Origin: Scyliorhinus canicula
Taxonomy: Eukaryota
Length of the DNA stretch: 64,000 nucleotides
Reading direction: 5' to 3'
NCBI RefSeq assembly: GCF_902713615.1
Contig: NC_052165.1
Coordinates: 19,162,522-19,226,521 of the forward strand
The notes beneath the pieces were generated by a model. It ran no database searches, was not told the origin of the DNA, and was given only the letters and a program-made list of their open reading frames with translations. Made by a program: the position numbers and the translations under genes. Positions 38,000 through 50,862 of the stretch are shown here, piece after piece. Position 1 is the stretch's first letter, and each line of letters starts with the position of its first letter.

Positions 38000-38760
38000 A
38001 CAACCAACAATGGCGGCCTTCCTGCTAGTTGCCGCAGTTCAGGGGGGTGCACTGCTGTGTATGAGCTGGAGCTTCTCGAGGAAGAAGAAGCTGTAGCAGC
38101 GGGGGCATGCCCCAGAGGAACAGGTGGCAGCCACTGAGGATGGAGACCTGGCCGCCCTACAGGCCGAGGAGGAGGTGCAAAGGAGGCACCACATGAAGAT
38201 TTGTGTGTACCGGCACTGTCTGTCATTCGAGGACCTCCCAGCCGGACCAGGCATGCCGTCGAAGACTCCGGCTGAGCAGGGGGACTGCGATATATCTGCC
38301 AGATGATGGGGACTGGGGGAGGACACCCACCTGCAGTTGCTGTCAAGGTGACGATTGCCCTGAACTTCTTCACCACGGGCCCTCCCATGTGCTGAGTGGG
38401 GACCTGCCCGGTATCTCTCAGAGCTCGGTGCACAGGTACATCCGTGCAGTCATAAAGACCATATATGTCCAGTTGGCACAAAACATCCATTGCAATGTGA
38501 ACTGAGCCCACTAGGGTGCCCAGACAGCGGAGTTCACTGCGATCAGTAGATGCCCCACGTCCAGGTGGGGATCGACAGGATGCATGTCGCCCTGCAGATG
38601 ACAGGCCATTCAACCAACCCGCTCCAGGATTCCCACCTGCTGCACCACGTGGGTGCGAGCCCTGGGTTGGCAGTAACAGCGGATATGGTCCACGGGATGG
38701 AGGATGATGATAATCCGCTCTGCGATGATCTCTGGTGCACCGTATCATTTGACAACGTCT
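38000..38760 (+). pseudogene. Harbinger transposase N-terminal half, frameshifted
   Basis: VYRHCLSFEDL, CRRRLRLSR, VAVKVTIALNFF, GDLPGISQSSVHRYIRAV and VQVGIDRMHVAL in successive frames. Confidence 0.8.
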
Positions 38761-38764
38761 GACT

Positions 38765-39518
38765 CCTGCCCATGGTTACTGAAGAGAGAGAGAAAATCCA
38801 GGGCAGGACAGAGCACTGCTTGTTTTAGCTCTGTACAGAGCTCCAGGTTCTCTGGGTCACAACCTATACACAAGTAACTTAACTTGGGAACAAAGCAGTA
38901 TGAAGATGATTTTGTGAGGTATGGTTTTGTCAATTGTGTCAAAGCAAATAAGGATGCAAAGTCCATGTGTGTTATATGCAGGGAAGCACTGGCAAATGAG
39001 AAGAGAAGTTTCAGATTTTGGAAGAGAAGAGGTGGGTGAAAAATTCCTTTTGAGTTTGAGACCCCAGAATCAGTTATTAACTTGCAGCTGATTCCAAATG
39101 CGAAGACTACACTGCTGTACCTTGCCTGTGACAGCACACTAAAAACACACCAAAAGCTTACGGGACTGTCAGCATTGTTGAGTAACATCTCCCATGAGTA
39201 GCCAATGCTAAATAAAACAAGCATTTTGTTACTATTGCATTTCACGACAGCCTACATCTGTGAGGTTAGATTTTCCATTCTCACAAAGGTGAATACGGCA
39301 CAAATTAACTGGCCGAAGTCTGCACCTGATATGCGCATTACCCTCTCCTCTTGTGAATCTGATTAGAGTGAGATCGCGAGGACCAAGCAGGCTTCCTTTC
39401 ACATTAACGGTAACTGAAGGTCAGCTGGCATAGGTCACGAAGGTCGCCTGGCGTGGGTCGCGAAGGTCAGCTGGTTGGCAAAAGTGGGCCCCAGTGGAAA
39501 AAAGTTTGAAAAACACTG
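38765..39518 (+). mobile_element. Internally deleted hAT-Charlie/Buster DNA transposon
   Basis: N-terminal KQYEDDFVRYGF...CVICREALANE (BED-finger-like). C-terminal LHFTTAYICEVRFS...DMRITLS...KQASFSH*. Right TIR ...tttgaaaaacactg. Confidence 0.8.
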
Positions 39519-40467
39519 ATTTAGGCTACATTGCTCATATACCTGCAGTTGATTTGATTTGCTTTAACACTTTAGTTAGTGTAAATGCAGCCTGAAGCTC
39601 GCACAGGGACCAATTTAATACTAGAACCAAGCTGAGTGAGTAACATACCTGTAACTGTATCTCAAGTGCAACACACGAGGTCAGATCATGTCCTGGATGA
39701 TTTGGTTTAGGATTCATTTCGGGCCTTCGATACCATTTACATTTCAAATTTATTGTCAGCACTGTTGGTTCCGTGCAGCTGCAGCTGAAGAAGGCAAATG
39801 CATCTCTGGATGGGAAAACTGACTCGTTTCAGCATTGTCCACTGCCATGCATTGTAACATGCGTGACTATATTAATTGCTACTTTGAACCTCTATCTCTC
39901 TCTTTGAGTAAAAATAGCACCGGTAAATTGAAATAAGTTTATTCTTGGGTCATCAAATTTGTGATACTAGCTACTTGACTTTAGAGTTGAGAAAATTTGC
40001 GTTCTTTGGAGATTTTTGAAGAGAGTTTCTGTTTCAACATTTCCCTTGTATAACTTTCCTCTTCCACTAAAGTTTTTATCTGATTTGCTCAGATCCTTTA
40101 GAAGTTCCAATTGGTGTAGATATTTTCATAGTCCAGAGGGGCTTTTCAGTGAGAACTTGAGACAATTAACTTCCTGACATTGACATTCAAACAAACAATG
40201 ATGAATTTATATGGTGGAAATACATTGTTATATCACTTTATCATGTAAAATTCAATGATTAATTTCAGTGACCAAGGGTTTATTCCAGGAAATATGGGTT
40301 TGGCTTTAATTACTTCTTTGTTTTGGAGATTATTCACTGATTGAACTGTTCATACCATATTGAGAAAACAATTTCATGAAAAAATAATTGGATTTTCAAA
40401 TGAAAAATGTCAAAATAATAAGATTATAAGTAATGTCATGAGGTAATGTTATGAGGTATGCCATGTG

Positions 40468-40775
40468 CGGCCCGGTAGCACAGTGGTTAGCACTGTTGCT
40501 TCACAGCAACAAGGTCCCAGGTTCGATTCCCGGCTTGGGTCTCTGACTGTGTGGAGTCAGCACTTTTTCCCCGTGCCTGCGTGGGTTTCCTCCGGGTGCT
40601 CCGGTTTCTTTCTACAAGTCCCGAAAGACGTGTTTATTAGGTGAATTAGACATTCTGAATTCTTCCTCTGTGTACCTGAACAGGCGCCGGAGTGTGACGA
40701 TTAAGGGATCTTCACAGTAACTTCATTGCAGCGTTAATGTAAGCTTACTTGTGACAATGATAAAGATTATATTAT
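40468..40775 (+). mobile_element. Chimeric SINE: HE1-like head and V-domain plus the tail of the 190-bp SINE
   Basis: Tail gaacaggcgccgga...ttcacagtaacttcattg...gtgacaat. Second copy at 37625-37870(-), tail-only copy at 59890-59955. Confidence 0.75.
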
Positions 40776-42399
40776 ATTTTGCAGAATTGAGTTATGTTTG
40801 AACAAATACATACAAATTGTTTTTCTCAATTAAAAGCGAGAGTTGTTTTTAACTTATAAATACTAAACATTTCAAGAATTAATTTATTTTCTCATGATAG
40901 ATGGATTACAGACTAATCCATCTATCATTTGGGCAGCACGGTAGCATGGTGGTTAGCATAAATGCTTCACAGTTCCAGGGTCCCAGGTTCGATTCCCGGC
41001 TGGGTCACTGTCTGTGCGGAGTCTGCACGTCCTCCCCGTGTGTGCGTGGGTTTTCTCCGGGTGCTCCGGTTTCCTCCCACAGTCCAAAGATGTCCGGGTT
41101 AGGTGGATTGGCCATGCTAAACTGCCCGTAGTGTCCTAAAAGGTAAGGTTAATGGGGGGGTTGTTGGGTTACGGGTACAGGGTGGATATGTGTGTTTGAG
41201 TAGGGTGATCATTGCTCGGCACAACATCGAGGGCAGAAGGGCCTGTTCTGTACTGTACTGTTCTATGTTCTATGTTCTATGTAATCCTATACAAAGTTGG
41301 AATGAGGTATTGGGAGCCATGTAATTCAGTGGTAATTCAATGAGGTTCTATATCCACCGCGACACTTTGATTTTCCTCCATTCTGTGTTGGAAAATGAAT
41401 AGAGAGGTTCACTTTGTGGTTTAGCAAGATTCTAGGTGGAGAGTAGGAACAGTCAGTTTCATACGAATATACAAAATAGGAGCAGATGTAGACCATTCAG
41501 TCCCTCAAGCCTGCTCCGCCATTCAATAAAATTATGGCTGAACTGTTTGTGTTTCAAGTTCCACATTCCCATTTACCTTTGATTGCTTTGTCTGACAAGA
41601 ATCAATCAACTCTGCCTTAAGGAGAGGACCCCGGTGCCACCGGCTTCTGAGGCATAGAGTACCGTTGTTGCACACCCCTCAAGAGAAAGAAGTCCTCCCA
41701 ATCTCTGTTCTAAAGGGTAACCCCTAATTTTAAAACAGTGTCCCCTCGTTCTCAGCCCCCCCCCCCGACACGAGGAAACATTGGGTGCAACTGAAGGGTC
41801 TCGTCGCACCTGACTTGGTGTTGAGATGAGGTCATTGAATCTCACAAGAGGTCCCTACTGGGCGTGATCCAGATCTGGATATTTAAATGAACCATTAGGC
41901 TCATTTAAATATGCGTTAGCGGGATTCCCCTGGCACTGGGGATCTAACGGCTGCGGCTGGGAGACCTCGCCAGGATGCCGTTTAGCGTTTAGTACTGGTT
42001 TCCACAAATGTGGACTAGCCATAGTGGCACCTGGGGGAGTCTCCAAGGCCAATACGACCACTGAATGGTCGGGGAGAGGTCAGGGTGGTACCCCAGCACT
42101 CCCTCTGGCACCCAGGTTCCTCAGCACTGCCAGTTTCGCAATGTCAGGGTGCCTGGCTGGCAGTGGCAGGCTGCCCAGGTGCAAGGTTGACACTGCCAAG
42201 GAATCACCCCCCCTCCCCCCCGGGGGGGGGGGGGGGGGGCCTGAGCAGGTGGAGGGGAGGTGAGGGGGTCAGAAATGTTCCCGTGGGCTTTCTGAGGTGG
42301 GGGGGGGGGGGGGTGGAGGTCAGAAATGGAGAGGCTGAAAAAGGGGGGGGGGGTGAGATCGGGCAGACAGACAAAATACACAGCAACATCCATAGAAAA

Positions 42400-45150
42400 T
42401 ATGCCCTGACCCCACCTTCCCCCATATCTCTTGATCACCATAGCTCCTTCTTGAAATCACACAACGTTTTAGCCTCAACTACTTTCTGTGGTGGTGAATT
42501 CCACAGATTTACCACTCTCAAGGTGAAGAACTTTCTCCACATCTCAGTCCTAAAAGGTTCAAAGCATATCCTCAAACTATGACCTCTAGTTCTGCACTCC
42601 CCCACCATCGGGAACAATCTTTCTGAATCTACCCTGTACAATCCTGTTGGAATTTTATAAGTTTCTTTTCATAAAATGTTATAATTTTAAAAAATATCCC
42701 CTCTCACTTTTCTGAACTCCAACGAATATAATCCTGACTGCTTCAGTCTCTCCTCGTGTGACATTCCCGCCATCCCAGGAATCAGCCTGGTAAACCTTTG
42801 CTGCACTCCCTCCATAGCAAGAACGTCCTGTTCTGTGCTGTACTGTTCTATGTTCTATGTTCTATCCTTCCTCAGATAAGGACACTAAAACTGCACACAA
42901 TATCCAGGTGTGGCCTCACCAATGTCCGAAACAATTGCAGCAAAATATCTCTATTCCTATACTCAAATGCTTTGAAGGCCAACATACCATTTGCCTTCTT
43001 TACTGCCTGCTGTACCTGCACGCTTACTTTCAGCGACTGATGCGCAAGGACACCAAGGTCTTGCTGTGTATACACCACTCTCAATTTACACCCATTCAAA
43101 TAATAATTCCTGGGAGGTATTCTCCCCCACCTCCCACCTGCCGGGTGGGAGAATCGCCGGGGCGCCGCACGAATTGCGCCACACTGCCCCGAGCCCCGCA
43201 CGTGATTCTCCCACCCCCCTTGAAACCAGCGCCGCGCGAATCGCGCCGGGCTGCTCGGAGAATTGCCGCAAATGGCGAGCGGCGATTCACCGGCCCGATT
43301 GGGCCAAGCAGCTGGCGAAAAAAGTGACAGTCCCACCGGTGCCATTCTAACCTGCTCTCAGGCCGCTGGACCTGGGGCTTCAAGGGCCAGGAGTGGCCTG
43401 TGGGGGTGGAGGGGGGTTTCTAACCCCGGGGAGGCCCTCCAAAGTGGCCTGGCCCGCGATTGGGACCCACCGATCGGCGGGCTGGCCTCTCTGCTGGCGG
43501 GCCTCCTTTCTTCCGACATTTTTGTGCGGGCCGGCCTGGAGGAGGACGGCCACCGCGTATGCCTTAGTTGGCGCAGGCCCAACTGCGCATGCACGGAACC
43601 AAAGGCGTCGCGTCTTTTACGTGGTGCCGGGTCTCTGACTACACGCCGAGGCCCCGTCCCCGTAAATCACGCGACGTTCCTTCTAGCCCCACGGAGGGCG
43701 GAGAATAGCGGTTTGGGAACAGGCGCCGACCCCGGAGTAAAACACTCCGGTTTTTACTCCGGCGTCGGCACTTAGACTCCCGTTGGGAGAATCCCGCCCC
43801 CTATTTTTGCCACCCAAGTGGATAATCTCATATTTATCCACATTATACAGCATCTGACTTGGTATATGCCCACTCACTCAGCCTGTCCAAATCCTGCTGA
43901 AGCATCTCTGCATCCTCTTCACAGCTCACCCTCCCACCCAACTTTGTACCATCTGCGAATTTGGAGATACATTTAGTTCCCTCGTCCAATTATATAATGT
44001 GAACAGTTGGGGTCCTAGCACAGATCCTTGCAGTACTCCAGTAGTCACTGCCTGCTAATCAGAAAAATACCCATTTATTCCAACATTTTGTTTCTGTTTG
44101 CTAACCAGCTTTCTGTCCATCTCAAGAGACAACCGTAATCCGATGCGCTTTAACTTTACATATTAATCTGCTATGTGAGACCTTATCGAAGCCTTCTGGA
44201 CGCCTAAATAAGCCACATCATATGGTTCTCCCTGGTCAACACCACTAGTTACATCTTCAAAGAATTCTAGTAGATTTGTGAAGCATGATTTCCCTTTCGT
44301 AAATCCATGCTGACCTGATCTGATTTTACCACTGCTTTCCAAATGAAATCCTTGATAATGGACTCTCGCAACTTCCCTACTACCGACGTTAAGCTCACTG
44401 GCCTATAGTTCCCTGTTTTCTCTCTACCTCCCTTTTTGAATAGCGAGGTTACATTCGTTACCCTCCGATCTGGAGGAACCATTCCAGAATCCAAAGAATT
44501 TTGTAAAATGACCACCAATGAATCTACTTTTTCTCGGGCCATTTGTTTAGTACTCTGAGATGAAGATGATCAGTCCCTGGTGATCTGTCTGCCTTCACTC
44601 CTGTTAATTTCCCCAAAACCATTTCTTTACTAATACTAATTTCCTTCAGCTCCTCACTAAAACTTGTGTTTCTCCGAATCTCTGGTACATTATTTATGTA
44701 ATTTCACCCTTCTTTATCAATACCTTGGTCTGCCTTTGCTGAATTTTAAACTGTTCCCAATCCTCAGGTCTATTGTTTTTCTGCTAATTTATATGCCTCT
44801 TCTTTGAATCCGATACTATCTCTAATTTCTCATGTAAGCCATGGTTTGGCCACAGTTCCTTTTCTATTCTTATGCCAAATAGGAATAAACATCTTTTGGA
44901 GTTCACATATTTGTTCTTTGAATGCCTGTCATTGTCTGTCTGCTGTCCTTCCTTTCAGTAATGTTTCCCAGTCCATCATAGCCAGTTCATGCCTCATACC
45001 ATCATAGTTACCTTTACTGAGGTTCAGGACCCTGGTCTCAGAATCAACTACCTCACCATTTACTTTGATAAAGAATTTTACCATATTATGGTCGCTCATC
45101 CCCAAGGATTCTCTCACAATTAGATTGACAACTAATCCTTTCTCATTGAC
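42400..45150 (-). mobile_element. CR1/HER1-like LINE (ORF2 remnant)
   Basis: LFKKGGREKTGNYRPVSLTSVVGK, LVRPHL, RTRGHSL, FFTLRVVNLWNS, LGMSDHNMV. Confidence 0.9.
43112..43799. mobile_element. Harbinger-type MITE inserted in a CR1 LINE, TSD CCT
   Basis: cct|gggaggtattctcc ... ggagaatcccgccc|cct. CR1 sequence continues on both sides. Confidence 0.85.
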
Positions 45151-45704
45151 TAATTTGAATCATCTAATCTGTACGCATCAAGTTTAATACCCTGATCCCG
45201 CCTTCCCCAATGGGGCCCTGATCTGCGAGGAGTCTTTCCTGATGGGCTTGCCAGCAGGAAATGACTCGTGTGCGGCCTTGGCGGAGAGAAACTCCCAAGG
45301 CCAAAATAAACGGCAAAGTGCTGTTGAATAACAAGGCGTTTCTCGGCACTGCAGCCCAAAAATGGACACAGATTTTTTTCCTCATTGAACTGTGCCCATT
45401 GTATCAACATTCACCTTGTTAAGACCATTCAAGATCTTATATACTTCAATCAAGTAACCCATCACTCTCCTAATCCCCAGTAGAAAGAAGCCCGGTCAGT
45501 TTAACCTATCCTCTCATAAGACAACCTGCTCTTTTCAGGTATCAATCCAGGATCCCTCCTCTGAACTAACTCCAAAGTATTTACATCCTTCCTAACATAA
45601 GGAGACCAAAACTGCACACACCTTTGGAGATGTGGGCCGTAATTCTCTGGCTGCTGCGATTCACTTTTCCCGCCGGCACCGCCCACTGAGCATAGAATCC
45701 CGCT

Positions 45705-47330
45705 GCCATTCAAACTGGCTGCTTTGTTCTGAATGGTGTTGAGCTTCTAGAGTGATGTTGCAGCTGCACTTATCCAGACAAGTGGAGAATATACCAACAC
45801 ACTCCTGACTTGTGCCTTGCAGATGGAGGTTAGGCTTTGGGGAGTCAGGAAGTGAGTTACTCGCCACAGGATTCCTACCTGCTCATGTATCCACAGTTTG
45901 TATATGACTAGTCCAGTTCAATGGTCAATGGTAACTCCCCTGATGTTGATAGTGGGGATTCAGTGATAGTAATGCCATTGAATGTCGAGGGCCGATGGTT
46001 AGATCCTCGTTTTCTGAGATGGTCTTCGTCTGGCACTTGTGTGGTATGAATGTCACTTGCCACTTAGCAACTGAAGCTTGGATATTGTCCGGGTGTTGCT
46101 GTATACGGACATGGGCTTCTTCAGTATCTGAGGAGTTGTGACTGGTGCTGAACATTGTGTAGTCATCAGCGAATATCTGCACTTCTGATCTTATGAAGGA
46201 AGGAAAGTAATTGGTGAAGCAGCGGAAGATGGTTGGGCTTAGAACACTATCCTGAGGAACTCCTGAGGTGATGTCCTGGAACTGTGAAGATTGACCTCCA
46301 ACCAACACAACCACCTTCCTTTGTGACAGATATGACTCCAACCAGTGGAGGTTTCCCCCCCTCCGATTCCCATTGACTGCAGTTTGGCTTGGGTTCCTTG
46401 ATGCCATACTTGGTCACCTCAGGAATTCAGCTCTTTTGTCGATATTTCAACCAAGGCTGTAATGAGGTCAGGAGCTGAATGACCCTGGTAGAAACCAAAC
46501 TGGGCATCAGTGGACAGGGTATTGCTCAGCAAGTGATGCTTGATAGTGCTATTGATGACCCCTTCCATTACTTTATTGATGGCCGAGAGTTGACTGATTA
46601 GGCTGTAATTGGGCATGTTTGAGACCTATCCAATTCAGCATGGTGGTATTGCCACACATAATGGAGCACATCCTGAGAGTGAAGACAGGTGTGGTGAACG
46701 CTCTTACTGTTACTGTAATGAACAGATGCACCTGCAACAGGTAGGTTGATGAGGTTGAGGTCATGTATGTTTTTCTCTCCAGTGGGTTCCCTCACCAGCT
46801 ACCGCAGTCCCAGGTCAGCAGCTATGTCCTTTAGGACCCAGCTAGCTCGGTCTGTGCTGGTATTACCAAACCACTCGCTGATGGACATTGACGTTCCCCA
46901 CCCAGAGTACCTTCTTCATCCTTACCACCCTAAGTGTTTCCTTCATGTTGTGTTCAACATTGAGGAATATTGATTTATCAGCGATGGGGTTATGGCGTGT
47001 AATAAGTAATCAGCAGGATGTTTCTTTGCCCATGTTTGACCTGGTGCCATGAGACTTCATGGGGTTCAGAACCGATGTTGAGGATTCCTAGCACTGGATA
47101 CCACTGTGTTGCCACCTCTGCTGGGTCGATTCAGTCAGTGGATGATGGTCGTGTCTGGGACATTATCTGTAAGTGTGCACCTGTGAGTGTGTCTATGTCA
47201 GGTTGTTGCTTAACTAGTCTGGGGGACAGCTCTGCCAGTTTTGGCACAAACCCCGAGAAGTTAGTCAGGTTGAGTCTGAAGGGTCGACATGGCTTGGCTT
47301 GTGCCATTGTCCTTTCTGGTCGCCGAGATG
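45705..47330 (-). mobile_element. CR1-clade LINE type B fragment
   Basis: WLESYLSQRKVVVLVGGQSS...GVPQDSVLSPTIF..FADD. Confidence 0.85.
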
Positions 47331-48175
47331 GTCAGTTGGTCCATTCGGTTTCATTCCTTTTTGTTTTCTTTATCGCGGTTGGACACAACTGAGTGGCGTG
47401 CATGGCCACTTCAAAGTGCATTTAAAAGTCAACCATATTTCTGGAGTCTGGAGTCACATGTAGGTAAGATCAAAAGGTTTCCTTCCCTGAAGGACATTAG
47501 TGAACCAGTTGGGTTTTTATGACAATAGATAATGGTTTCATCATAGAATCCTATGGCCAAAGGAGGCCATTCGGCCCATCAAGTCTGCACCGGCCCTTGG
47601 AAAGAGCACCCCAGTTAATCCCAAGCCTCCACCCTATCACCATAACCCCACCTAACCTTTGTTTTTGGACACTAAGGGCAATTTAGCAGAGCCAATCCAT
47701 CTAACCTGCACATCTTTGGACTTTTTCATGGCCATGGTCATCTAATCATGGTCATCATTAGACTTTCAATTCTAAATATTAAAAATTGAATTTAAATTAA
47801 TTTAATGATGGGATTCGAAGCTGGATCTCTAGATTATTAGTCCAGCAACAATGCCACTGTACCACCCCCTCCCCGTCTCATCAACATCCTGTAAAACTGA
47901 AAGATGGCTTCCTTCCTTTTATTTTCAATTCCTCTCATAATAAAGGATAGCATACCTTTAGCCTGTTTGATTCCATGCAGTACTCACATACTAACCTTTT
48001 GTGACTCATGCATGAGTATCCTACATCGCTCAGCACCTCAGAATTCTAGTTTTTCTCCATTTAAGTAATACTCTGCTGTTTATTCTTTGCATTTTCCAAC
48101 ATTATACTCCATCTGCTAGCCTTTTGCTTACTCACTCACTCACTCAACATATTTATATCCACCTGAAAACTCCTT

Positions 48176-48932
48176 GGGTGGAATTTTTTCATCTGGGGAC
48201 GACGTCTTATGGCAGGGGTAAGAACATGGAATATTTTCTGCTGTGCAGGCTGGCAGGAAAACATGCCAAATCTTCTGACCCCAAACTAATTAATTGTGCA
48301 ACTGGGTGCTTTGCACCATATTCTGTGGCAGGGCTGGTCTGATGGCACATAGTCTGCCGTCCTTTTTGGGCACCAAATTGAAAAGGCGCCCAACGTGATT
48401 GATCCACTCTTGATAGTGGATCTCCTGAAAATGAAGATGGGTCTCTGGGAGCACTCTGAGACTGGAAAGTGGATCTCCTGAGAAAGAAGATGGAACTCCT
48501 GGAACAATCTGAGACTGGAAGATGGACCCCCTTCAGGACACATAATCTGGAAGATCCAACTGTAGATGCACCCCCGAATCCTCTTCTGTGGTTTTCCGGG
48601 GTCCAGGTTCCAGCTTGAATTCTGCAGGCATTATTAGGTGAATTTGACATTTGCACGCCACGTTATTCCAACATGTTTCGCACTGGCATATTTCCCTGCT
48701 GGTTCCACGGTAAATCAGGTGTAGGTGGTCGCATCTCCCCCTGCATCCCATTAGCAAATCAGTTTTGCACTTACCTCCATAAGGTTTCCTGATCTTCCAT
48801 GGCAGGCACCAGAGGAAAACCCTGCTGTAAATTCATGTTGGCGTAAACCTGATTTTTGGGCCTCTGGCTGAATTCTCCGCTCCCCCCACCTGTCATTGAA
48901 TCTGTTGGCAGGGTTTGGGAGAATGACGTCCC
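48176..48932. mobile_element. Older Harbinger-type element with internal ~53-bp repeats, inserted in CR1
   Basis: gggtggaattttttc ... ggagaatgacgtcc, with CR1 on both flanks. Confidence 0.5.
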
Positions 48933-49554
48933 TTATCTCTTCTTCACAATTTACTTTCCTAAATATCTTTGTGTCATCTGCAAAATAGCTACCATGCTTT
49001 ATCTCACCACATCTACTTTATTGATGTAAACTTCAAAACGTTGAGGCCCTAGCACAGACCCCTGAAGGATTTTGTTTGCCACAGCCTGCCAATCAGAAAA
49101 TTAACCATTTATCTTTTGATTCTGCAAGCTATCCAATCTTCTATCCACGCTAACGTGTTACTTTCTACACCATGAACTTTTATTTTCTACAATAACCTTT
49201 AATGTGGCACCTTATCAAATGCCTTTTGGAAACCCAAAAACAGCACATCTACAGGCTCCCCTTTATCCACAGCACACGCCTCTCCTTCAAAGAGTCCCAA
49301 TAAATTGGTTAAACATCATTTCTCTTTTCCTTTCAGATTGGGCTTGTTTACCTGCCCTTGCATCTCTCCAATGTCACTTAAATGCTATAGATGGGCAAGG
49401 TTTGGTGGTTTAGTTCACTGTTGAGGGTTAGTTTGTATGGGCATAGAGCAAGAGCTCTGGCAGGTGCAAGGCCTTTAGTACAAACTGGGCCTTGGCTAAT
49501 GGCTTGGGATCAGGTTAGTTGGAACGCATTTCATTCCAGGCTAGGGAGGCAGTG

Positions 49555-49870
49555 GAGTGGTGGCATTGTCGCTGGACTAGTAATCCAGAGGTTCAAGCTA
49601 ATGCTCTGGGGGCAGGGGTTTCAAACTTTAATTCAATAAAAATCTGGAATTAAAAGTCGAATGACCATGAAACCGTTAGCGATTGTCGTAAAAATCCATC
49701 TGGTTCACTAATGTCCTTTAGGGAAAGAAATCTGCCGTCCTTACCTGATCTGGTTTACATGTGACTCCAGATCCACAGCAATGTGGTTGACTCTTAAATG
49801 ACCTCAGGAATGGGTAATAAATGCTGGACCACCCAGCGACGCCTGCATCCCATGAACAAATAAAAAAAAA
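49555..49870 (+). mobile_element. tRNA-derived SINE sharing its 3' tail with CR1 type B
   Basis: Core ctggttcactaatgtcctttaggga...gtgactccag, tail aataaatgctgg..ccagcgacgcc. Copies at 58165-58545(-), 47390-47870(-), 23030-23230(-). Confidence 0.75.
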
Positions 49871-50862
49871 AGAATTCCTGATACTGGAACAGTTCATGCC
49901 TGCATGATGCAAGCCATTGATAACATTCAAACTTGGCTGCTAAGTGGCAAGTAACATTCATGCCACACAAGTACGAGGCAATGACCATCTCCAACAAAAG
50001 AGAATCTAACCTTCTCCCTTGAGATTCAGTGACATGAATATCCCACCGTCAATATCCTGGGTGTTTCCATTGACCAGAAAATGAACTGGACCAGCCATAT
50101 GTACCATCTAGAAAATCAGCAAGTTGCCAAGGTTTCCTCGACAGCAACCTAGTTGCGTCTATGAGTGTGTTAATGAAATTGGCAAATACTTCCATATTGC
50201 TCTGTCAATTTGGTGCCAGACTTTTTCATGCCCCTTAACATTGACTATAGACTTTCTGGCAAGCCTGCTAATTTACCACGTATTTTGTGCACGCCAACCA
50301 ACTTTCTTCTGTAGGCTGTCCCATCTAATCCTTCAACTGAATCCACTCCAGCAGAACTCTTTCTTGACCTCACCCTTCAAGGAACTGGTATCTTTATCCC
50401 TGCCTAGGCTAGGCGCAGGCCACTTCGCTATGTGCAAATCCTGACTTTTAGCTATCCTCTAAAGCAGTTCATAAACTTTGATGATTGAAGTGTCCCTTTT
50501 CAAATAAATTAGCGATCTTGAAATTCCACCCCCCCCCCCCCCATCTGAATTATACCATAATACAAAAGTACTGCACGTAAAGAGAGTTTAATAAAACTTC
50601 TTAAAAAATAGATATTTACATATAGGGATCAGTGAAATAGATATGCAGGTCACTGAATTTGTCTATCCTTGGCAGAATCACAGTGAGAATTAGGATTGAG
50701 GGAGTATAAATTAAGTGAACAATACGGGAATAGGGTGGGAGGGAGATCATGATTACGGAGGAAGCACAGCAGGGAGTTAGCAGATCTACGGGGAGAACAG
50801 AATGCCAGAGAAAGTGGGTATTTGGAGCGAGCAGAAAACCGGAGATAGCTAAATCCCGGATA

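Noticed and set aside
37714-38748. 344-aa ORF on the minus strand
   Set aside because: It is antisense to a frameshifted Harbinger transposase and runs into a SINE.
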